From the NCBI GenBank assembly GCA_013239625.1, contig MU053379.1, positions 3,987,229 through 4,051,228 on the forward strand: 64,000 nucleotides of DNA, read 5' to 3'. This DNA comes from Lama guanicoe. Lineage: Eukaryota. Positions within the stretch are counted from its first letter, which is position 1. Every line of letters starts with the position of its first letter. The notes under the pieces are model-generated. The model made no database searches, had not been told where the DNA came from, and was given only the letters and a program-made list of their open reading frames with translations. Shown here piece by piece: positions 1 through 9,418 of this stretch. Both the position numbers and the translations under genes were made by a program.

Positions 1-3000
1 AGAGGAATTCTCATTTGAGGATTTTCCAAAGGTCTCGCTCCAGATTCGCCCCGTGAAACCGTATGACAGCCGGAGATTTCCCTGGCCACAGCTTTGAAGA
101 AACGCCTGTGTCAGAATTCCTTGCGTCTTGCTTATGACCTGCCTTCCCTGCCAGCAGAAGTTTCCAAAAAAGCCAAATGCCACCAGCTCTGCAGTGCAGG
201 AAAGAGGGCCTGGTCAGCAGAGGTCTGGGTGCGACTCCGTCTTTTCTCCCATAAGGAGGAGGAGGCCACCTGGCGTCACACGCTCGTGTCCTCACGGACT
301 CGGAGCCTGTCTGCAAGCAGCGCACCCAGGAAATCCCAAGTCTGGGGTCACAGCAGCAGGGAGGGCCCTGACCTGCGATGACATTTAACGTCTAAGAAAA
401 TCTACCAATGGAAACTGGACTTGGGTCACTTCAACAATAGTGATGTAGCTTGAGGTTAGATGAGCAGCGCTGACATCTTGGTAACACATGAACACAACCC
501 ACGTACAGCTGACAGCACGCGGCACCGCGGTTCACGGTAGTTGTGACTTCTGCACATTTTATGTGGAAAAACTCCGCAGTGCTTGGTGCTCGTCTGATCC
601 GCTGGGAGAGCCCCGTGAACAAGGGTGCGGGCGGTGTGACAGGTGCCCACAAGGGCAGGCATTCAGGGGCAGCAAAAGTGCCTTCAGTAATCTGTCTTAC
701 AATCAGCGCCTAGGAGTGGCTTTTGTTCGCCTTACAACAGTCTGCGCCTGTGTCAGAGCTCGGGCGCCGTGTGCTTTAAGTGCGCGGTCTGCATCGGTGC
801 TCATGAGCCGTAATGAAGCATAATCTACAGTGTTGTATTTTACTTTTGTTTTCGTTCTCTTTTATTTCCTGAAATGTTAGCTGTGCCCATAGGGAAAAAA
901 AAAAGTGAGTTTTCTCAGTGAGACTTCGTGGCAACAGAACCACTTCTTTGGGGACAGTTTTATTAAACACAGGACAGTGTTTGGATGATCAGTTAATGCT
1001 AATCTAAAGGATGCTGTCTGTGCAGATGCCTCCTGTTCCAGCACTAACAGTCCCTCTTCTCCACGCAGTGACCAGTTGGTGCTCCAGCTCACACCTAACT
1101 CTGCTGCGATGGGTTTTCCAAAGAAAATGGGACACATACTTCATATTTATTTATTAGCTTTTAACTCATCAGTCAAATGTAGCTTAAAAATACTATAATA
1201 CACTCAACTGACAAGAAAAAAATTTTTTCATTTGTCTGAGAAAAGCAAACAAAGCAATATTTTCCTTAAACTCTTTAAAATTTCTTCAGTAATTTACATT
1301 TTTGAGAAACCACTTTCTTCTAGATTTTTAAAATAATATAAACATGTATGTGCTACCGAAATATGCTAAGCTTGAACATAAATCATATTTATTTTTCTTT
1401 CTGTGGTTCTGAGCTCACTTTGTGGGCAACATAATTTGGGGAACTCATGCATATGGTATAGAAAATACTTTTTAAATCAATCTTTTTGTTTTCAAATTAA
1501 TACATGAATTATTCAGTGTAAACATTTAAAAAAAGATATAAAATCTAGGGTGAGTGTAGTTTTTGTAACCCAGCAGCTCTGCTGGGTTGACTTCCCAAGC
1601 TATATTTTAAATTCTGTGCCCTCCCAAGCCCAGAGCGCTACCTTCGGCTTCTGGCTCCAAACACGCCCCCCAGGAAGCAAGACACTGAGTCTGAGAGTGG
1701 ACGTGCAAGAGCCGAAGGTCCGGTGTTGAGAACATTTAGAAATTGTGAAAGCAAGCAGTCGGACGTGATTTGTGTCCACGCGTATCCACGTGCATGTCCT
1801 CTGCGACAAGGATGGTAGAAAGTGAGAGTGGAGCCTGGGTTCTGAACAAGAGCAGATTTGGTTACGGTTTCGCTCCCCTCGTGTTTGAGACGTTTTTCCG
1901 TCACAGTCTCGCAAAGATGCCCCAGGCGATGTCTCCTCCTGCCCAGCTGACGCCTTAGCCTGCTGCTCTGGGGTGTATGGCCGGGATGGGAACAGCGGTA
2001 GGAAGAGGGAGATACAAAATGCAACCACCCTCTTCCTCCCGAAAGAGTGCAGAGTTACTCCTGCAATTTCAGCAACATGGTGTTTCAAAACAGTATTTTT
2101 AAGCTGAAAGAGGCCGTTTGTGTTCGAGACTGTGTGTAAATCCGGGGCTGGCTGCCCAGTCCTTTATGTGGAAACAGACGAGCAGGTTCACCCGTGGGGG
2201 CTGGACCCTCTCCAGGACGCCAGCCAGCAACCCCCCCCCCAACACAGGCTTCAGGAAAACAGAAAGGCGGCCTGGGTGGCGCCTGAGGGGAAGCTGGGGG
2301 GCAAACCTGCTCTTGTTTCCTTGATGACACTGTCTCCACGTTCAGGTGAGAGGATCCAATTCCATCTCTCATTCGCTTCGGGGGAGGTGTCGGAACCACG
2401 GCAAACAGAAAGAGCCTGGCCTCTCCACCTGCCCGGCTCCGAGAAGGAACTGCTGGACCTTCCCTGTGCTCCGTCTCGCTTTGCGCCATCCGCACACGGA
2501 GTCCCCACCGCACCCCACGGCACACCGCGTGGGCCGAGCCCTGCGCCAGTTTTCCTGCAGCAATTTCAGTGTGTAATTAGGTTCTCTGCTTCGCGTCACT
2601 AGTGATTTAACTTCACTCTGGTCTCTGAAATGTTCCAGTTCGATAAAGTAAGTAAATTAATAAAACCTGAAGTGCTCCCCAGCCGGGCAGACACCTTTCG
2701 GGCGCGGCTCTTTCACTGCGGATGTATGTAACCCGGCCACCTGCGGTCGTAAAGATTTACTGTGAGCCTGAGGAATAAGCCCTGTTAATGTGTGCAATGA
2801 GCGTTCAAGTTGTGACTCTGTAAGCCGTGGAGGTTTCTAATACGCTGAAGCCACCTTGACGGCGAGCCAAGCCGTGCGCGTCTGGACCGGAGCCCCGTCT
2901 GGACGCGCGCTCAGCTGTGGTGCTGGGCTGTGCCCTCCCCGGCTGCCTGTGGTTTCACTGCAGATGTTTGCAAAGGTCAGGGAGGAATTTTTTTCCTTCA

Positions 3001-3084
3001 TCCCCAACCTCATCTCAGAAGAGCTGGAGGTGGAGGAACTGTTGACCAAAAGTTGAAGTGGAAATTTTTAAGATGACAAATAAA

Positions 3085-3270
3085 GGCTGATGGCCGCGCA
3101 GGGTAGCGCCAGCCCGGGGCGCAGTGAATGGGGCGTCTGTGCGCGCCCGCCTGGCGGCAGCCGGCTGCCAGGCGCTGCCCGAGCTCCCGGGGGGAGACAG
3201 CCGCGGGGAGCAGCGGCCGGGGGTCCCCAGCGGCCGCTTCCGGCCCCGCCCCTGCCCTCTCGCCTTTCCT
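3085..3270. promoter_or_regulatory. Small CpG island-like segment
   Basis: Very GC-rich and CpG-dense, with a GC box (ccccgccc ~3244-3251); no associated coding exon recognised. Confidence 0.4.
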
Positions 3271-3871
3271 CAGCTTGTGAAGCTCCTCTTGTCGCTCATG
3301 TGTGTATGCATTTTTTAAGTGAATACCTGCCCTTCGTGGGGACGAGAAAGGGCTCAGAACAGCAGCATGAGGCGGTGTCAGGAGTCTCGCAGTGTTTTTC
3401 TCAACCGGGACCGCACGAGGATCGCCTGGGGAACCTTCACAGACGGCAGAAATTCCCCCAGCGCTGCCTGGACTTTCCTTTTCCTCAAAAGATCCCCAAG
3501 TGATTGTGACGCGTGTTCCTGGTCACCAACCGCTGGCCCAAGCCTCAGTCCTAGTTCTGACCCAAGAATTAGAGAATGGCTAAAAAACAAACAAACAAAA
3601 AGAGGCCTTTCGTAGAAAGTCTGAAAAGAAGTAACATTTGTCTGCGCCCCAGAACGTGGCAACACCTGGGTGCCCTGTGAGATGCCTCGTTACTTAATCC
3701 TGACAGCTCTCAGCAGACGAGCTCCTATGTGGTTCTCTCTACATCATCAACGTTGTAAGAGGGGTTTGACATCTACCCCAAATGTGCAATTGGAGTAGAA
3801 CGTCGGGTCTCCTGTAGGCCTGACTGACACCAGGAAAGTTCTAAGGAACTTTCTGTGAGTCTATGTGTGAC

Positions 3872-3922
3872 TTTTTTTTTAAACATTTTTTATTGATTTA
3901 TAATAATTTTACAATGTTGTGT
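3872..3922 (-). mobile_element. Extremely 5'-truncated L1 3' end (camelid-type)
   Basis: T-tract followed by aacattttttattgatttataataattttacaatgttgtgt, the reverse complement of an L1 terminus with AATAAA and poly(A), matched to recalled consensus. Confidence 0.6.
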
Positions 3923-4129
3923 TATAGGTAACGTTTGACTGAACCACAGTTTTCTCAGACAGTTATTGTCAATAAGGCAGAGTTCTGGATTTGGAGACAT
4001 CTGTTTGTGGTTGGACACCAGGACCCTCAGTCTCCTTTCCAAACCTGCCTGAAGTCCACGCATCCTTCCCGCTTCACCGCTGCCCCTACCAGCCCACAGC
4101 CGTGCTCTCCAGAGCCAATCACACCAGCA

Positions 4130-4645
4130 TCTTCTGCACCCTCTCCCGAATCCGGCCCCTCCGTGAGCTAAGTCACTACCTCACCTTGGCTTCCATGTAA
4201 AACCCTTCACTGCCTTCCCGGGGCACTGCACGCAAAATCCAAGCGCCTCCCCAGGCCCGGGCCCTGTCAGATGGTCCTGACCCCGCGTGACTGGCTCTCC
4301 GACCTCACTCACCAAGTACCTTCCTCTCGCTTCTGACACCGCTGCTCTGCCAGCCAGCATGTCTCTGACTAACACGACCCTCCTCTGGAGTCACGGAACT
4401 GAATTTCCAATGCAGCCTCTCCCTCGCCTCCCTCGGTCTCAGCCTGTTGCTCATGCCTTCATAGCGATTAATGTTTGCAAGCCCTCTGTTGCATTTTGTC
4501 TGTTTAACTGCTCCAAGCCTACCCCTTCCCTTAGAATGGAAGCTCCTTGAGGGCAGGGCCCAAGATGCTGGCTTTTACCCACAGGGTCTAGAGCGTGACT
4601 GGCACAGACTGAAGTGCTGGAGAAATACTGGTCAGCTGATGGGAG
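4130..4645 (+). mobile_element. L2 LINE 3' fragment
   Basis: Typical L2 3' motifs: aaaacccttcactgccttccc...aaaatccaa, tagaatggaagctccttgagggcaggg, tggcacag...aaatact; boundaries approximate. Confidence 0.55.
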
Positions 4646-4744
4646 AAACAGAAGAAAATAACCTCTCTTCTTTCCTGGCCCTTAACTTAAACCCATCTTT
4701 TCTTTTTCCTTCTCCCTTTCACAGCTGCTGCCTGCCGATGTTAC

Positions 4745-4846
4745 TTTTTTTTTAATTGACGTCTAGTTGGTTACAATGTGTCAGTTTCTGGCCGCAGCAC
4801 CACGTCCCAGTCACGCACGTGCATATGAATATTTGTCTTCATATTC
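4745..4846 (-). mobile_element. Truncated L1 3' end (~100 bp)
   Basis: T-tract then aattgacgtctagttggttacaatgtgtcagtttctgg...catattct matches the reverse complement of the L1 3' UTR terminus; candidate TSD at 4688-4700 / 4847-4859. Confidence 0.7.
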
Positions 4847-5064
4847 TAAACCCGTCTTTGTTCTGCTCCTCGGTGCCACTGAGGTGGAGTCCAGGTGGCA
4901 ACCTCCACTAACCTCCTCCTGGAGGGAGCTTCGGCCCTTTCTTAATTCACATGCGGACACTGGAACCAGGAAAGAGACTCCAGGTGGGATCTTATCTGGG
5001 GAAAATGGCCCCAGGAACCAGACTGAGCTAAAGGCGCTGCACGCCATGCTAACCATGGACCCCT

Positions 5065-5200
5065 TCAGGCCTCACAACAGTGCAGCAGACTAGGAGCCAC
5101 GGTTATTCCAATGCTAGGCATTTGCAAACTGGGGCTCAGAAAGGAAAGGTGCTCCCCCCGGCCACCCAGCTAATACGTGTTGGAAACAGCGGCTCTTCCG
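5065..5200 (-). mobile_element. MIR SINE fragment
   Basis: cctcacaac...aaactggggctcagaaagg...ggccacccagcta resembles the reverse MIR core. Confidence 0.45.
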
Positions 5201-5484
5201 CCATGACCCACGTCTCCATGCTCTTCAGGAGAGTGCGGCTTTTGGTGTATGCGCCACGAGATTGGCGAGGATGCCAAGACTGAGTTTTACTTGGTTGTGA
5301 CACCTTGAAGGCTGATACTAAAAACGCTGGCTGCTCCAAATCTTCTCTACCCTGTGCGTATACAATTGTGTATTTTTAAACCAAAATAAAGAATTTTGCA
5401 TTTATGTCCTTTGAAGAGTCTCACATTTACCTCAGTGACTCGTTCCTCGGTCTTCTAAATGTCAGTGAATGTTTAGCGGGAAAA

Positions 5485-5645
5485 GGGCACATCCAGGTTC
5501 AAACCTCAGTCCACAGTGGAGGGCTGTGTGGCCCTGGGCAAGTGACTGAACCTTTCTGAAGGCGGATTTCCTCCCCGTGTGGCATCTCCCCGTGTGGCAT
5601 CGTGTGAGGGCTGAGAGGAAGGTACTTGTGAAACACGTTGCCCTG
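5485..5645 (+). mobile_element. MIR SINE fragment with an internal 15-bp tandem duplication (5571-5600)
   Basis: ggttcaaacc...gctgtgtggccctgggcaagtgactgaacctttctga is the MIR core; ctccccgtgtggcat occurs twice in tandem. Confidence 0.55.
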
Positions 5646-6529
5646 CACTTTACACGCAGCGCCCCCGATGTCTCTTGCCGACACACGAGCTAGCTCTACA
5701 GCTGGGTATCTGAGCATCGCACACAGCAGACTCTAGGTCTGTGGTCTGTGAGCCATTCGTCAGGTGAACTGCTCCCAGAGGCAACAGGCTTCCCAGGGGA
5801 GCCGGCACTTTCCCTGCATACTTCCCTTCACCTAGGGGGTCAGCTGACACAGCCTTGTGATCAAAGGCACCCTGATCTGTAGGGGCAGGAGCGTCACTGC
5901 CCGACCACAGCCAGGTGCTTTCTCTGGGTGGTGTAAATGGCAGTACACTCTGTCTTAAGCCCCTTGGCCATCTGAATCAGCACTGCATGAAACATGATAA
6001 AACAAGTGTGTCCATCAATGTGAACAGGAAGCTCAGAGCTGGGAGAAGTGAAAAACCACGAGCTTGTCTTCCACGTCCAGAAGTGACCTCTTGCACAGGA
6101 CAGTCAGCTGCTATTACCCAAGACTTTGAAAAACATGAAAATGGCTCCGCGGCGGGAGGGCTCCCTGCAGACTGCCTGGTGCTTCTAATCCCCAACAGGA
6201 CGTGACCACTACCCAAGGATCCGGCCGTAAATGCCTGGGAAGGCTACTCCATTCGCAGTGAATAATTTGCCCGATTCATTCATAATTATTCACTGTCAAC
6301 TGGGCAAATTCGGGTAAGTAAGCTCTGATGGAAGGGATGAGTCGTCCTAGGAAGAAAGCAGTCAGCGAATCAAAAAGGCAGGGGAAGAGCCTGGACTTGC
6401 GAAGCCATAGCCAGTCTGGGCGTAAGACGGCTCAGAACAGACTGCCCATGGTCCAGTGTGCATCTTACGGTTCTGGCTGGCCAGGCAGTGTAACGACATG
6501 ACTATCATTTCCTCTCCGACTTCTCAAGG

Positions 6530-6973
6530 TCTGTAGAATGAATGGCACCAGCTTGGAGGAAGGTATTGGAGACAATAGCAGAGCATCCTTTTAAGGAATT
6601 CTGTATCCACAACGTTCTCAGTGGCAGAGAGGCTGATACCGGGTGGGAAAGCAAATACACACACACACCCCACAGGAACATAAGTGTCTCTGAGTTGAAA
6701 AACGACCCAAAAGGGGCAAAATCAGAACAAGAACAGGTTTGAGAAAAATACCAGTCCATTTATTTAAGTTACGTGGTCTCTTTTTCATACATGAAAGAGT
6801 GGCATGTGATAAACTATGTGCATGAAAGTCTTTAGAATCTCAGTAATTATAAAAGTCCTAGAAAGAAGAAATAATTGCATCAGATTCAATTGGCAATATG
6901 TTTCCTTTGGCGGCACATGAGATTATAGAGCTTTTAATCATTGATGACACTTTATAGTCAGTAAAGTAAGGTA
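6530..6973 (+). mobile_element. Ancient TcMar-Tigger/pogo-like DNA transposon remnant (MamRep434-like)
   Basis: ORF 6542-6742 peptide AWRKVLETIAEHPFKEFCIHNVLSGREADTGW resembles the pogo-family transposase C-terminal pattern (AW..I....I..SFKKC.I.N.LDG.EDD..W); the 3' end gatgacactttatagtcagtaaagtaaggta resembles the recalled terminal inverted repeat. Confidence 0.55.
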
Positions 6974-7082
6974 CATATATATTCTTCTTTGTAAAAATGA
7001 AATTATATTTCTTATAACCTGCTTTTAAATACTGAACAAGTGCTTTTTGAATTGAATCAAATTAACAACAGGTGTTAAAACA

Positions 7083-7464
7083 ACAGCAAACCTGTTGTTC
7101 GTCTATTTTATATAGAGTGGTTTGTATCTGCTTATCTCAAACTCTTAATTTAGCCCTCCTCTCCCCTTTCCCCTTTGTTAATCATGAGTTTGTTTTCTAT
7201 GTCTGTGAACCTGTTTCTGTTTTATAAATAAACTCATTTGTACAATTTTTTAAGATTCTATATATAAGTGATACCATATATTTGTCTTTCTCCATCTGAC
7301 TTACTTCACTTAGTGTGATAATCTCCAGGTCCATCCATGTTGCTGCAAATGGCATTATTTCACTCCTTTTTATGGCTGAGTAGTATTCCATTGTATAAAT
7401 ATGCCACAACTTCTTTATCCAATCATCTGTCAACGGACATTTAGGTTGCTTCCAAGTCTTGGCT
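7083..7464 (-). mobile_element. L1 ORF2 3' end plus 3' UTR (inverted segment of a 5'-inverted L1)
   Basis: ORF 7197-7433(-) TDDWIKKLWHIYTMEYYSAIKRSEIMPFAATWMDLEIITLSEVSQ is the L1 ORF2 C-terminus. Confidence 0.9.
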
Positions 7465-7568
7465 TATAATAACCTATAATGAGAAGAATACATGTTTGTG
7501 TGTATGTAAAAGTGAATCACTGCCATACACCAGAAACTAACACAATACTGTGAATCCACTACACTTCA
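7465..7568 (+). mobile_element. L1 terminal 3' UTR (non-inverted segment)
   Basis: taataacctataatgagaagaa...tgaatcactgccatacaccagaaactaacacaatactgtgaatccactacacttca; same terminus as the L1 at 33592-33810. Confidence 0.85.
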
Positions 7569-8194
7569 CTCAAGCACACACACACACACAGAGTAAAACA
7601 TGTCTGGCTAAGTTCATTCACTGGAACGTGCAGGGACCGCTCCCTGGCTGTCCACCTCTCCACTGAGAGTTACTGCAAACCCTTCTCAGACGGTGCCAGG
7701 CAGGAAGTCAGAGGAAAACTGGTGCAGTCTTATCGTCTGTTAGCCTGAGAGGGCGTCCTGGGGGATGCATATCCGGCCCCAGCTTCTGCTTCCTATTTCT
7801 GAGGTGGCCCAGGCCTCTGCTTCCCTCTGCCTGCTCCCCGGACTGAAGGCCCCAGCACCAGCGGCGCCCGCTGGCTTCCGAGCGGCCAGCGCCACTCCCC
7901 CGGGCAGGGCCGTGGACGTGAGGTCTGCCCCGGAGCATGTGGGCTCGCTGGGTGAATTCCCACAGGTGGGGGTTACTCCCAGGGAGTTCATTCTAAACCC
8001 CAAGAGCATTCGTTGCCAGAGGCACCTTAGGAAAATAGGTGACCCCGGGGTCGCCAGCCTTGGCCTGCACGTTCCTTTCTGAGACTTGTTTTTGAGAGGC
8101 AGAGGGCGGTGGGAAAGCGGAGTGCGTGTGCACATGCCCGGCTGCAGCGCCGTCCGCCCTTTCTGTGCTTACAGGCTTGACAGTTTAGGGCTCG

Positions 8195-8300
8195 AGACCT
8201 AATTTGCAGGAGCCTCAGTTTCCCTACTTGGAGCCGGGGACATCCTGCCTCTTTTGCAGGTGACGCTTAAGGATCCAGTGAGATCCTGCTCAGAAGCTCG
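8195..8300 (+). mobile_element. MIR SINE fragment
   Basis: gagcctcagtttccct...aaggatccagtgagat resembles the MIR core. Confidence 0.4.
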
Positions 8301-8929
8301 GTCTCCATGCAGAGGGAGCGCTTCAAAGAGTTCCGGCCGCTGGGCTTCGGAAGGAAGGAAACTCGAAGGCTGAGAACAGTCGAGGGCTGTGCGTTTGCAA
8401 AGGCTGGGAAGCCCTGAACGGCCAGTCCAGCCCACGCCCCCCGCCCCAGTCCCAGCCGGAGAAGTGCAGTTCTGACGCAGGCAGGCGCTCTCAGGAGAGC
8501 AGGGGCAGAGCCTGGGGGCCACGCGGGGCTGGAGGCGGGCTTTGGGCCCAAAGTTCCCTCAAGATCCTTTGTAGAGTTCTCCTCCGTGTCGCAGAGTAAC
8601 CACGAGTAACCTCTGACTCGCTGAATGTGTTTAAACATCTCAGCCTGATGGAGTGTGGCTCAATGCCCGCTTTGGCCAAAGCCAGTTAAAATGGAGAGCT
8701 TAAGCTGTGTTGTCTTAAATTAGAATTTCAGAGGTAAAGCTTAGGGCAAGATGGGAATTCAAATTTAAGAAACCGAAAGGAAGAATACCAAGCAATCAGA
8801 GGACAACGCTTCGTCTTTCACGGGGCGGGGGTTCGTCATTCTCTTGCACAGCCAAGCACACCTGGCAAGGTGAACGGCGCTGTCTCTTAGCGCCACGCTT
8901 TTCAAGCTACATGGACACCTGGCTTTGCA

Positions 8930-9146
8930 CGAGAGGCTCCGGTGAAGTCGCCGTCTGCACCCGCGCAGCGCGCTGTGTCCGGAGCTTCCCTCGCTTCCGC
9001 CGGAACCGGAGCTGCGCCCGGAGCACGCGGGGCTGGTAAGCTGTCTGGCTCTGACACAGAACCCCCACCGTCCCCGGCGGCCACGGCCCCCCTGCCCCGC
9101 CCCCGACCCGGGCCGCCCCCGCAGGGCGGGTCCTGGTGCCGGACAG
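8930..9146. promoter_or_regulatory. CpG island / candidate promoter, running into an assembly gap
   Basis: CpG-dense; paired ETS-like cores (cttccg and ccggaa, ~8994-9005), GC boxes at ~9095-9130, + strand donor-like ctg|gtaagc at 9035/9036. Confidence 0.5.
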
Positions 9147-9418
9147 NNNNNNNNNNNNNNNNNNNNNNNNNNNNNNNNNNNNNNNNNNNNNNNNNNNNNN
9201 NNNNNNNNNNNNNNNNNNNNNNNNNNNNNNNNNNNNNNNNNNNNNNNNNNNNNNNNNNNNNNNNNNNNNNNNNNNNNNNNNNNNNNNNNNNNNNNNNNNN
9301 NNNNNNNNNNNNNNNNNNNNNNNNNNNNNNNNNNNNNNNNNNNNNNNNNNNNNNNNNNNNNNNNNNNNNNNNNNNNNNNNNNNNNNNNNNNNNNNNNNNN
9401 NNNNNNNNNNNNNNNNNN
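9147..9418. other. Assembly gap (272 N)
   Basis: Run of N. Confidence 1.
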
